Assembly: GCF_003334405.1 (NCBI RefSeq)
Contig: NZ_QOWM01000005.1
Source of the DNA: Escherichia coli
GTDB taxonomy: Bacteria; Pseudomonadota; Gammaproteobacteria; Enterobacterales; Enterobacteriaceae
Direction: 5' to 3' (one strand)
DNA: 64,000 bases
In this document: piece by piece, positions 13,579-25,878 of the stretch
How the letters are laid out: each line of letters starts with the position of its first letter
Position numbering within the stretch: the first letter of the stretch is position 1
The notes under the pieces: model-generated
Told to the model about the DNA's origin: nothing
What the model saw: only the letters and a program-made list of their open reading frames with translations
The model's database searches: none
Translations under genes and position numbers: made by a program

Positions 13579-14448
13579 ATGGCCATAAGCATCAAGGGTG
13601 TTAATACCGGTGTTATTCGCAAGAGTAATAATTTCATTGCACTGGCGCTGAAAATTAAAGAACCTCGCAATAAAGAATCGTTGTTCTTTATGTCTGTCAT
13701 GGAACTGCGCGACCTGCTGATTGCGCTGGAAAGTCGTCTGCATCAAAAGCATAAACTGGATGCTGCTGCACACCTTCAGTATGAGCAAGCTCGCGATAAA
13801 GTCATTAAGAAAATGGCAGAAAACATCCCAGAAATTCTGGTTGATGAGCTTAAAAATGCCGATATTAATCGTCGGGTTAACACGCTGGAACTTACCGATA
13901 ATCAAGGCGAAAATCTTACCTTCGTATTAACGCTACATGACGGTAGCAAATGTGAGTTAGTCGTCAATGAGTTGCAGATTGAAATGCTGGCGCGAGCAAT
14001 CATTCATGCAATTAATAATGCGGAAATGCGTGAACTGGCATTACGTATTACCTCACTGTTAGATTTCCTGCCGTTATACGACGTTGACTGCCAGGACAAT
14101 GGCAATCTGGAATATGACACCTATTCCCAACCGGAATGGAAACATAACTTGTTCGACCATTATCTGGCGGTGCTTTACCGCTTTAAAGATGAAAGTGGCA
14201 AAGAACAATTTAGCGGCGCAGTGGTGAAAACGCGTGAAGCAACGCCGGGTAAAGAAATAGAAGCGATCACTCGCCGAATGCTTGATTTCAGCCCACGACT
14301 GAAAAAACTCGCGGGTGTGCCATGTCAGGTCTATGTTCGCACCGTAGCGGCGAATAACGCCCAACCGCTAACCCAGGATCAATGCTTACGCGCGCTGCAT
14401 CACTTACGTGTTCAATCCACCAGCAAAACTGCACCACAGGCGAAATAA
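13579..14448 (+). CDS. yjeJ: Uncharacterised protein YjeJ (289 aa)
   Basis: ORF track; AT-rich gene with very AT-rich upstream region; no recognisable catalytic motif. Confidence 0.8.
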   Translation: MAISIKGVNTGVIRKSNNFIALALKIKEPRNKESLFFMSVMELRDLLIALESRLHQKHKLDAAAHLQYEQARDKVIKKMAENIPEILVDELKNADINRRVNTLELTDNQGENLTFVLTLHDGSKCELVVNELQIEMLARAIIHAINNAEMRELALRITSLLDFLPLYDVDCQDNGNLEYDTYSQPEWKHNLFDHYLAVLYRFKDESGKEQFSGAVVKTREATPGKEIEAITRRMLDFSPRLKKLAGVPCQVYVRTVAANNAQPLTQDQCLRALHHLRVQSTSKTAPQAK

Positions 14449-14517
14449 TCTCATCTTTGCTAATGCGAGGCTGGAGCCATCCAGCCTGAAATGACTGATA
14501 ACGTGATCGTTGGTCAT

Positions 14518-14617
<100 letters not shown>

Positions 14618-14650
14618 ATTATACGTTTGTCACCCAGCCTCTGGATCACA

Positions 14651-15004
14651 TCAGTTCGGGCACTTATAAACCTGACCGATAATCTGGCTATCCGTCGGGA
14701 CAAAACTGGACAACATTCCCTGCGACGGGCTACTGATGCCATAAATCACGTTACCGCCCATTGCAGCCGCCTGGTTGCGCAGATCGTTTGCTGCGCCGCG
14801 CATAGAACCGCCTTCTTCTCCGTGTTGCCCGGAAAGCCAGTTGCTTTGCTTACCTGTCGCAGTACCAATCAGCTGGCACTCTGCGCCTGGCTGCTCGTCC
14901 ACAATGCGTACACTCTGACCGGCAGCACTCAATTCGTTGCTGGAGCTACAACCCGCCATCAGTAGCGCGGCACCGACAATCCCTGCTAAGTATTTTACGT
15001 GCAT
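14651..15004 (-). CDS. yjeI: Predicted lipoprotein YjeI (117 aa, DUF4156-like)
   Basis: ORF 14651..15037; start chosen at MHVKYLAG (ATG 15004); lipobox LMAGC. Confidence 0.75.
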   Translation of the reverse strand: MHVKYLAGIVGAALLMAGCSSSNELSAAGQSVRIVDEQPGAECQLIGTATGKQSNWLSGQHGEEGGSMRGAANDLRNQAAAMGGNVIYGISSPSQGMLSSFVPTDSQIIGQVYKCPN

Positions 15005-15075
15005 GTTATTCCCCATAATCAATGAGCTGGACGCCACTCGCGTCGTCCGTGTCTGAATCTTATACTAGAAAGATG

Positions 15076-15115
15076 ACCAAAAGAAAAACCCCCAGACATT
15101 TCTGCCCGGGGGTTT
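15076..15115 (-). terminator. groESL operon terminator (8-bp stem aaaccccc/gggggttt, U-run on minus strand)
   Basis: Hairpin plus T-run immediately downstream of groL stop. Confidence 0.65.
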
Positions 15116-15141
15116 GTTTATTTCTGCGAGGTGCAGGGCAA

Positions 15142-16800
<1,659 letters not shown>

Positions 16801-16831
16801 TTAAATTCGTATGTTCAGTGTCGTGCGCGGA

Positions 16832-17176
<345 letters not shown>

Positions 17177-17203
17177 TTACGTGGTTTCCCGGCTGGTGAC
17201 CAG

Positions 17204-17233
17204 AGAAATGGGGATGAGGCTTCGCCCCTTCAA
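17204..17233 (-). promoter_or_regulatory. groESL sigma-32 heat-shock promoter (-35 CCCCCTTGAA; -10 CCCCATTTC)
   Basis: Minus strand reads ttcccccttgaaggggcgaagcctcatccccatttctctggtcac, the classical groE heat-shock promoter. Confidence 0.8.
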
Positions 17234-17400
17234 GGGGGAAAAAGAAAAAAAATTCTGATCAGCACAAAATCGGGTGAAAACCCTGATTCACCTCACATTT
17301 CATCGCAATTTCTTCATCGCCGTCATAAGCGAATCTGATTGTGCTACCATCGAAAATCTACGCAGTTGCCCAAAATTTGGGCGCAATCGGACATCAACCC

Positions 17401-18657
17401 ATGAGTGGACTCAAACAAGAACTGGGGCTGGCCCAGGGCATTGGCCTGCTATCGACGTCATTATTAGGCACTGGCGTGTTTGCCGTTCCTGCGTTAGCTG
17501 CGCTGGTAGCGGGCAATAACAGCCTGTGGGCGTGGCCCGTTTTGATTATCTTAGTGTTCCCGATTGCGATTGTGTTTGCGATTCTGGGTCGCCACTATCC
17601 CAGCGCAGGCGGCGTCGCGCACTTCGTCGGTATGGCGTTTGGTTCGCGGCTTGAGCGAGTCACCGGCTGGCTGTTTTTATCGGTCATTCCCGTGGGTTTG
17701 CCTGCCGCACTACAAATTGCCGCCGGGTTCGGCCAGGCGATGTTTGGCTGGCATAGCTGGCAACTGTTGTTGGCAGAACTCGGTACGCTGGCGCTGGTGT
17801 GGTATATCGGTACTCGCGGTGCCAGTTCCAGTGCTAATCTACAAACCGTTATTGCCGGACTTATCGTCGCGCTGATTGTCGCTATCTGGTGGGCGGGCGA
17901 TATCAAACCTGCGAATATCCCCTTTCCGGCACCTGGTAATATCGAACTTACCGGGTTATTTGCTGCGTTATCAGTGATGTTCTGGTGTTTTGTCGGTCTG
18001 GAGGCATTTGCCCATCTCGCCTCGGAATTTAAAAATCCAGAGCGTGATTTTCCTCGTGCTTTGATGATTGGTCTGCTGCTGGCAGGATTAGTCTACTGGG
18101 GCTGTACGGTAGTCGTCTTACACTTCGACGCCTATGGTGAAAAAATGGCGGCGGCAGCATCGCTTCCAAAAATTGTAGTGCAGTTGTTCGGTGTAGGAGC
18201 GTTATGGATTGCCTGCGTGATTGGCTATCTGGCCTGCTTTGCCAGTCTCAACATTTATATACAGAGCTTCGCCCGCCTGGTCTGGTCGCAGGCGCAACAT
18301 AATCCTGACCACTACCTGGCACGCCTCTCTTCTCGCCATATCCCGAATAATGCCCTCAATGCGGTGCTCGGCTGCTGTGTGGTGAGCACTTTGGTGATTC
18401 ATGCTTTAGAGATCAATCTGGACGCTCTTATTATTTATGCCAATGGCATCTTTATTATGATTTATCTGTTATGCATGCTGGCAGGCTGTAAATTATTGCA
18501 AGGACGTTATCGACTACTGGCGGTGGTTGGCGGGCTGTTATGCGTTCTGTTACTGGCAATGGTCGGCTGGAAAAGTCTCTATGCGCTGATCATGCTGGCG
18601 GGGTTATGGCTGTTGCTGCCAAAACGAAAAACGCCGGAAAATGGCATAACCACATAA
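17401..18657 (+). CDS. yjeH: APC-family amino acid (methionine/branched-chain) exporter YjeH (418 aa)
   Basis: ORF 17341..18657; start at MSGLKQELGL (ATG 17401); 12-TM-like hydrophobic profile. Confidence 0.9.
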   Translation: MSGLKQELGLAQGIGLLSTSLLGTGVFAVPALAALVAGNNSLWAWPVLIILVFPIAIVFAILGRHYPSAGGVAHFVGMAFGSRLERVTGWLFLSVIPVGLPAALQIAAGFGQAMFGWHSWQLLLAELGTLALVWYIGTRGASSSANLQTVIAGLIVALIVAIWWAGDIKPANIPFPAPGNIELTGLFAALSVMFWCFVGLEAFAHLASEFKNPERDFPRALMIGLLLAGLVYWGCTVVVLHFDAYGEKMAAAASLPKIVVQLFGVGALWIACVIGYLACFASLNIYIQSFARLVWSQAQHNPDHYLARLSSRHIPNNALNAVLGCCVVSTLVIHALEINLDALIIYANGIFIMIYLLCMLAGCKLLQGRYRLLAVVGGLLCVLLLAMVGWKSLYALIMLAGLWLLLPKRKTPENGITT

Positions 18658-18672
18658 TCCGGCGTTTCGACA

Positions 18673-19149
18673 TTAATCCTGGCGATCGTCTTTATGATCA
18701 AGGCGGTCGCGCTCATCATCCTTTCGCTGGTACTCACCATCAAAAGTATTACCGCCACCGGTCCCGGCGCTAAAACCGCCGCCAGGCATGCGAGAAAAGC
18801 GCAAATGCGGCATCAACTTCACTGTCAGATGCTTTTGCACCGGCGGCAATAAAAGTAGAAGACCGAGGAAGTCGGTAAAAAAGCCCGGTAATAAAAGCAG
18901 CAAACCAGCAATGATCAGCGAAACACTTTTAATCATCTCCGCCGCTGGGTTTTCACCCGCCGCCATTTTTTGCTGCATCAGCACGAAATTCTTAAAGCCC
19001 TGGTTACGTACCAGTGACATACCGATAACTGACGTGAATATAACCAGCACGAGGGTCAGCAATACCCCCAATACATGGGCAACCTGAATAAAGATTGAAA
19101 TCTCAATATAGACATAAAGGAAAATGGCAATAAAAGGTAACCAGCGCAA
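18673..19149 (-). CDS. fxsA: Inner membrane protein FxsA (F-plasmid phage-exclusion suppressor), 158 aa
   Basis: ORF track; acidic C-terminal tail; stop only 15 bp from yjeH stop (convergent). Confidence 0.9.
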   Translation of the reverse strand: MRWLPFIAIFLYVYIEISIFIQVAHVLGVLLTLVLVIFTSVIGMSLVRNQGFKNFVLMQQKMAAGENPAAEMIKSVSLIIAGLLLLLPGFFTDFLGLLLLLPPVQKHLTVKLMPHLRFSRMPGGGFSAGTGGGNTFDGEYQRKDDERDRLDHKDDRQD

Positions 19150-19485
19150 AGGTTTCTCCTGTAATAGCAGCCGGTTAACCCCGGCTACCTGAATGGGTTG
19201 CGAATCGCGTTTAGCTTATATTGTGGTCATTAGCAAAATTTCAAGATGTTTGCGCAACTATTTTTGGTAGTAATCCCAAAGCGGTGATCTATTTCACAAA
19301 TTAATAATTAAGGGGTAAAAACCGACACTTAAAGTGATCCAGATTACGGTAGAAATCCTCAAGCAGCATATGATCTCGGGTATTCGGTCGATGCAGGGGA
19401 TAATCGTCGGTCGAAAAACATTCGAAACCACATATATTCTGTGTGTTTAAAGCAAATCATTGGCAGCTTGAAAAAGAAGGTTCAC
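19150..19485 (+). promoter_or_regulatory. aspA-dcuA promoter/regulatory region (expected CRP/FNR control)
   Basis: 336-bp AT-rich intergenic region before aspA; individual sites not resolved by eye. Confidence 0.4.
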
Positions 19486-20922
19486 ATGTCAAACAACATT
19501 CGTATCGAAGAAGATCTGTTGGGTACCAGGGAAGTTCCAGCTGATGCCTACTATGGTGTTCACACTCTGAGAGCGATTGAAAACTTCTATATCAGCAACA
19601 ACAAAATCAGTGATATTCCTGAATTTGTTCGCGGTATGGTAATGGTTAAAAAAGCCGCAGCTATGGCAAACAAAGAGCTGCAAACCATTCCTAAAAGTGT
19701 AGCGAATGCCATCATTGCCGCATGTGATGAAGTCCTGAACAACGGAAAATGCATGGATCAGTTCCCGGTAGACGTCTACCAGGGCGGCGCAGGTACTTCC
19801 GTAAACATGAACACCAACGAAGTGCTGGCCAATATCGGTCTGGAACTGATGGGTCACCAAAAAGGTGAATATCAGTACCTGAACCCGAACGACCATGTTA
19901 ACAAATGTCAGTCCACTAACGACGCCTACCCGACCGGTTTCCGTATCGCAGTTTACTCTTCCCTGATTAAGCTGGTAGATGCGATTAACCAACTGCGTGA
20001 AGGCTTTGAACGTAAAGCTGTCGAATTCCAGGACATCCTGAAAATGGGTCGTACCCAGCTGCAGGACGCAGTACCGATGACCCTCGGTCAGGAATTCCGC
20101 GCTTTCAGCATCCTGCTGAAAGAAGAAGTGAAAAACATCCAACGTACCGCTGAACTGCTGCTGGAAGTTAACCTTGGTGCAACAGCAATCGGTACTGGTC
20201 TGAACACGCCGAAAGAGTACTCTCCGCTGGCAGTGAAAAAACTGGCTGAAGTTACTGGCTTCCCATGCGTACCGGCTGAAGACCTGATCGAAGCGACCTC
20301 TGACTGCGGCGCTTATGTTATGGTTCACGGCGCGCTGAAACGCCTGGCTGTGAAGATGTCCAAAATCTGTAACGACCTGCGCTTGCTCTCTTCAGGCCCA
20401 CGTGCCGGCCTGAACGAGATCAACCTGCCGGAACTGCAGGCGGGCTCTTCCATCATGCCAGCTAAAGTAAACCCGGTTGTTCCGGAAGTGGTTAACCAGG
20501 TATGCTTCAAAGTCATCGGTAACGACACCACTGTTACCATGGCAGCAGAAGCAGGTCAGCTGCAGTTGAACGTTATGGAGCCGGTCATTGGCCAGGCCAT
20601 GTTCGAATCCGTTCACATTCTGACCAACGCTTGCTACAACCTGCTGGAAAAATGCATTAACGGCATCACTGCTAACAAAGAAGTGTGCGAAGGTTACGTT
20701 TACAACTCTATCGGTATCGTTACTTACCTGAACCCGTTCATCGGTCACCACAACGGTGACATCGTGGGTAAAATCTGTGCCGAAACCGGTAAGAGTGTAC
20801 GTGAAGTCGTTCTGGAACGCGGTCTGTTGACTGAAGCGGAACTTGACGATATTTTCTCCGTACAGAATCTGATGCACCCGGCTTACAAAGCAAAACGCTA
20901 TACTGATGAAAGCGAACAGTAA
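19486..20922 (+). CDS. aspA: Aspartate ammonia-lyase AspA (478 aa)
   Basis: ORF 19441..20922; start at [13 protein letters not shown] (ATG 19486); fumarase/aspartase signature [10 protein letters not shown]. Confidence 0.97.
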
Positions 20923-20947
20923 TCGTACAGGGTAGTACAAATAAAAA

Positions 20948-20975
20948 AGGCACGTCAGATGACGTGCCTTTTTTC
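20948..20975 (+). terminator. aspA terminator (aggcacgtc/gacgtgcct stem then TTTTTT)
   Basis: Perfect 9-bp stem plus T-run. Confidence 0.8.
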
Positions 20976-21039
20976 TTGTGAGCAGTAACTTAAAAATAAC
21001 AATCTAATATCAACTTGTTAAAAAACAAGGAAGGCTAAT

Positions 21040-22341
21040 ATGCTAGTTGTAGAACTCATCATAGTTTTGCTGGCGATCTTCTTGGGCGCCAGATTGGGGG
21101 GAATAGGTATTGGTTTTGCAGGCGGATTGGGGGTGCTGGTTCTTGCCGCTATTGGCGTTAAACCCGGTAACATCCCGTTCGATGTCATCTCCATTATCAT
21201 GGCGGTTATCGCCGCTATTTCTGCCATGCAGGTTGCTGGCGGTCTGGACTATCTGGTTCATCAGACAGAAAAGCTGCTGCGCCGTAACCCGAAATACATC
21301 ACGATCCTCGCACCGATCGTGACCTATTTCCTGACTATCTTTGCTGGTACTGGCAACATCTCTCTGGCGACACTGCCAGTTATCGCTGAAGTTGCGAAGG
21401 AACAAGGCGTTAAACCTTGCCGTCCGCTGTCTACTGCAGTGGTATCCGCGCAGATTGCGATCACCGCATCGCCAATCTCAGCGGCAGTGGTTTACATGTC
21501 TTCCGTGATGGAAGGTCATGGCATCAGCTACCTCCATCTGCTCTCCGTGGTCATCCCGTCCACCCTGCTGGCGGTTCTGGTGATGTCCTTCCTGGTCACT
21601 ATGCTGTTCAACTCCAAACTCTCTGACGATCCGATTTATCGCAAGCGTCTGGAAGAGGGCCTGGTTGAACTGCGCGGTGAAAAGCAGATTGAAATCAAAT
21701 CCGGTGCAAAAACGTCCGTCTGGCTGTTCCTGCTGGGCGTAGTTGGCGTGGTTATCTATGCAATCATCAACAGCCCAAGCATGGGTCTGGTTGAAAAACC
21801 GCTGATGAACACCACCAACGCAATCCTGATCATCATGCTCAGCGTTGCAACTCTGACCACCGTTATCTGTAAAGTCGATACCGACAACATCCTCAACTCC
21901 AGCACCTTCAAAGCAGGTATGAGCGCCTGTATTTGTATCCTGGGTGTTGCGTGGCTGGGCGATACTTTCGTTTCCAACAACATCGACTGGATCAAAGATA
22001 CCGCTGGTGAAGTGATTCAGGGTCATCCGTGGCTGCTGGCCGTCATCTTCTTCTTTGCTTCTGCTCTGCTGTACTCTCAGGCTGCAACCGCAAAAGCACT
22101 GATGCCGATGGCTCTGGCACTGAACGTTTCACCGCTGACCGCTGTTGCTTCTTTCGCTGCGGTGTCTGGTCTGTTCATTCTGCCGACCTACCCGACGCTG
22201 GTTGCTGCGGTACAGATGGATGACACGGGTACTACCCGTATCGGTAAATTCGTCTTCAACCATCCGTTCTTCATCCCGGGTACTCTGGGTGTTGCCCTGG
22301 CCGTTTGCTTCGGCTTCGTGCTGGGTAGCTTCATGCTGTAA
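21040..22341 (+). CDS. dcuA: Anaerobic C4-dicarboxylate transporter DcuA (433 aa)
   Basis: ORF track; paralogue of dcuB found later in the window. Confidence 0.96.
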   Translation: MLVVELIIVLLAIFLGARLGGIGIGFAGGLGVLVLAAIGVKPGNIPFDVISIIMAVIAAISAMQVAGGLDYLVHQTEKLLRRNPKYITILAPIVTYFLTIFAGTGNISLATLPVIAEVAKEQGVKPCRPLSTAVVSAQIAITASPISAAVVYMSSVMEGHGISYLHLLSVVIPSTLLAVLVMSFLVTMLFNSKLSDDPIYRKRLEEGLVELRGEKQIEIKSGAKTSVWLFLLGVVGVVIYAIINSPSMGLVEKPLMNTTNAILIIMLSVATLTTVICKVDTDNILNSSTFKAGMSACICILGVAWLGDTFVSNNIDWIKDTAGEVIQGHPWLLAVIFFFASALLYSQAATAKALMPMALALNVSPLTAVASFAAVSGLFILPTYPTLVAAVQMDDTGTTRIGKFVFNHPFFIPGTLGVALAVCFGFVLGSFML

Positions 22342-22350
22342 TGATCAATC

Positions 22351-22377
22351 GCGGGGCGTTCACGCCCCGCTTTCTTT
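22351..22377 (+). terminator. dcuA terminator (gcggggcg/cgccccgc stem then TTTCTTT)
   Basis: GC hairpin plus T-run. Confidence 0.7.
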
Positions 22378-22456
22378 CCCGCCGACTAACATCCTTCCCC
22401 CGTCCGTTGTATAGTGACCTCTCTCTTGCGGTTCCATCTGTTCTTGCGAGGTGTTT

Positions 22457-22795
22457 ATGCTTGATGAAAAAAGTTCGAATACCGCGTCTGTCGTGGTGCT
22501 ATGTACGGCACCAGATGAAGCGACAGCCCAGGATTTAGCCGCCAAAGTGCTGGCGGAAAAACTGGCGGCCTGCGCGACCTTGATCCCCGGCGCTACCTCT
22601 CTCTATTACTGGGAAGGTAAGCTGGAGCAAGAATACGAAGTGCAGATGATTTTAAAAACTACCGTATCTCACCAGCAGGCACTGCTGGAATGCCTGAAGT
22701 CTCATCATCCATATCAAACCCCGGAACTTCTGGTTTTACCTGTTACACACGGAGACACAGATTACCTCTCATGGCTCAACGCATCTTTACGCTGA
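22457..22795 (+). CDS. cutA: Divalent-cation tolerance protein CutA (112 aa)
   Basis: ORF 22451..22795; start at [11 protein letters not shown] (ATG 22457). Confidence 0.9.
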
Positions 22796-24468
22796 TCCTG
22801 CTACTTTGCAGCACTTCCGTTTTTGCCGGATTATTCGACGCGCCGGGACGTTCACAATTTGTCCCCGCGGATCAAGCCTTTGCTTTTGATTTTCAGCAAA
22901 ACCAACATGACCTTAATCTGACCTGGCAGATCAAAGACGGTTACTACCTCTACCGTAAACAGATCCGCATTACGCCGGAACACGCGAAAATTGCCGACGT
23001 GCAGCTGCCGCAAGGCGTCTGGCATGAAGATGAGTTTTACGGCAAAAGCGAGATTTACCGCGATCGGCTGACGCTTCCCGTCACCATCAACCAGGCGAGT
23101 GCGGGAGCGACGTTAACTGTCACCTACCAGGGCTGTGCTGATGCCGGTTTCTGTTATCCGCCAGAAACCAAAACCGTTCCGTTAAGCGAAGTGGTCGCCA
23201 ACAACGCAGCGCCACAGCCTGTGTCTGTTCCGCAGCAAGAGCAGCCCACCGCGCAATTGCCCTTTTCCGCGCTCTGGGCGTTGTTGATCGGTATTGGTAT
23301 CGCCTTTACGCCATGCGTGCTGCCAATGTACCCACTGATTTCTGGCATCGTGCTGGGTGGTAAACAGCGGCTCTCCACTGCCAGAGCATTGTTGCTGACC
23401 TTTATTTATGTGCAGGGGATGGCGCTGACCTACACGGCGCTGGGTCTGGTGGTTGCCGCCGCAGGGTTACAGTTCCAGGCGGCGCTACAGCACCCATACG
23501 TGCTCATTGGCCTCGCCATCGTCTTTACCTTGCTGGCGATGTCAATGTTTGGCTTGTTTACCCTGCAACTCCCCTCTTCGCTGCAAACACGTCTCACGTT
23601 GATGAGCAATCGCCAACAGGGCGGCTCACCTGGCGGTGTGTTTGTTATGGGGGCGATTGCCGGACTGATCTGTTCACCATGCACCACCGCACCGCTTAGC
23701 GCGATTCTGCTGTATATCGCCCAAAGCGGGAACATGTGGCTGGGCGGCGGCACGCTTTATCTCTATGCGTTGGGCATGGGCCTGCCGCTGATGCTAATTA
23801 CCGTCTTTGGTAACCGCTTGCTGCCGAAAAGCGGCCCGTGGATGGAACAAGTCAAAACCGCGTTTGGTTTTGTGATCCTCGCACTGCCGGTCTTCCTGCT
23901 GGAGCGAGTGATTGGTGATGTATGGGGATTACGCTTGTGGTCGGCGCTGGGTGTCGCATTCTTTGGCTGGGCCTTTATCACCAGCCTACAGGCTAAACGC
24001 GGCTGGATGCGTATTGTGCAAATTATTCTGCTGGCAGCGGCATTGGTTAGCGTGCGCCCACTTCAGGATTGGGCATTTGGTGCGACGCATACCGCGCAAA
24101 CTCAGACGCATCTCAACTTTACACAAATCAAAACGGTAGATGAGTTAAATCAGGCGCTCGTTGAAGCCAAAGGCAAACCGGTGATGTTAGATCTTTATGC
24201 CGACTGGTGCGTCGCCTGTAAAGAGTTTGAGAAATACACCTTCAGCGACCCGCAGGTGCAAAAAGCGTTAGCAGACACGGTCTTACTTCAGGCCAACGTC
24301 ACGGCCAACGACGCACAAGATGTGGCGCTGTTAAAGCATCTTAATGTCCTTGGCCTACCGACAATTCTCTTTTTTGACGGACAAGGCCAGGAGCATCCAC
24401 AAGCACGCGTCACGGGCTTTATGGATGCTGAAACCTTCAGCGCACATTTGCGCGATCGCCAACCGTGA
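22771..24468 (+). CDS. dsbD: Thiol:disulfide interchange protein DsbD (DipZ), 565 aa
   Basis: ORF 22690..24468; start at [12 protein letters not shown] (ATG 22771, overlaps cutA end by 25 bp); thioredoxin-like CVAC motif in C-terminal domain. Confidence 0.95.
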
Positions 24469-24504
24469 ACGACACTTGCAGTGGGAAAGACGGAGGAAAA
24501 TAGC

Positions 24505-25080
24505 GTGCAACGTGAAGATGTACTGGGAGAAGCCCTGAAATTATTAGAATTACAAGGGATTGCCAACACCACGCTGGAGATGGTTGCTGAACGTGTGGAT
24601 TATCCACTGGACGAGCTACGCCGCTTCTGGCCAGACAAAGAGGCAATCCTCTACGATGCGCTGCGTTATCTTAGCCAACAGATAGATGTCTGGCGTCGTC
24701 AGCTGATGCTGGACGAAACGCAAACCGCCGAACAAAAGCTGCTGGCACGTTATCAGGCGTTATCGGAGTGCGTTAAAAACAACCGCTATCCGGGCTGTCT
24801 ATTTATCGCTGCCTGTACGTTTTATCCCGATCCTGGCCACCCTATTCATCAACTGGCCGATCAGCAAAAAAGCGCGGCCTACGATTTCACCCACGAACTG
24901 TTAACCACACTGGAAGTTGACGATCCGGCGATGGTAGCAAAGCAGATGGAACTGGTGCTGGAAGGCTGTTTAAGCCGAATGCTGGTGAATCGTAGCCAGG
25001 CGGATGTCGACACTGCACATCGGCTGGCGGAAGATATCCTGCGCTTCGCCCGCTGCCGCCAGGGTGGTGCATTGACCTGA
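24505..25080 (+). CDS. yjdC: TetR-family HTH regulator YjdC (191 aa, GTG start)
   Basis: ORF 24481..25080; start chosen at GTG 24505 ([12 protein letters not shown]). Confidence 0.8.
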
Positions 25081-25186
25081 CAGAAACACAGAAAAGAAGC
25101 GATTTGCCGCAATCTTAAGCAGTTGAATCGCTTTTACTGAAATTAGGTTGACGAGATGTGCAGATTACGGTTTAATGCGCCCCGTT

Positions 25187-25262
25187 GCCCGGATAGCTCA
25201 GTCGGTAGAGCAGGGGATTGAAAATCCCCGTGTCCTTGGTTCGATTCCGAGTCCGGGCACCA
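25187..25262 (+). tRNA. pheU: tRNA-Phe (anticodon GAA), 76 nt with encoded CCA
   Basis: gcccggatagctcagtcggtagagcaggggattgaaaatccccgtgtccttggttcgattccgagtccgggcacca read directly. Confidence 0.97.
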
Positions 25263-25272
25263 AATTCATATA

Positions 25273-25299
25273 AACGGACCTCCACGGAGGTCCGTTTTT
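25273..25299 (+). terminator. tRNA-Phe terminator (aacggacctcc/ggaggtccgtt stem then TTTT)
   Basis: Hairpin plus T-run 10 bp after the tRNA 3' end. Confidence 0.75.
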
Positions 25300-25878
25300 C
25301 GTTTCAGGACGCCACGATTTAAGCGTTCTGCCTCCAAATCAATTCTACCGAACTCAACCAGATTCTCCCCACATCACCAGCAATTTGCGGGCATATCCCA
25401 ATTCGGGAAAATTTGTTCCTGAGCTATAGCACTAACTGACGTGAAATGTCGTGCGGCCCCGTGATGCTGTTGAACGTCAAATGACGTCATCAGGAGCGTA
25501 ACGCATCCATAAAGCACAACACCGGTCTGAACGGCGACTGATGAGATTTTCTGAATGAGAACAAAGAGAAATGTATCAGTTCGCTTGCTCATGCAAAGAC
25601 TAACAATCCATTAAAATAGTAAGTGCTCCGGACAATTTTCCATGGATTATTTTCTGAACATTTTTCTTTGGCAAAGATGATGAATTTTGATGGTAAGGAA
25701 TATTACTTCTGGTTCTCAGTAAAATCCTTTCGTAATACTATGTAATCAAGAAGTTTATGGCTGGTAAAAATAACGTCTTGCATTCACCAATAATATGTAA
25801 ATAAACCCATCTATAGATGGTAAAAATAGGTTGTGGCAATTATCATTGCATCATTCCCTTTTCGAATGAGTTTCTATT

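Noticed and set aside
18657-18673. 15-bp gap between convergent yjeH and fxsA stops as a possible regulatory element
   Set aside because: Too short to hold a terminator; likely just tight packing with overlapping 3' UTRs
25374-25592. 72-aa minus-strand ORF between tRNA-Phe and cadC
   Set aside because: No SD, no recognisable domain or signal; lies in an AT-rich regulatory region; probably spurious, though an island remnant cannot be excluded without a search
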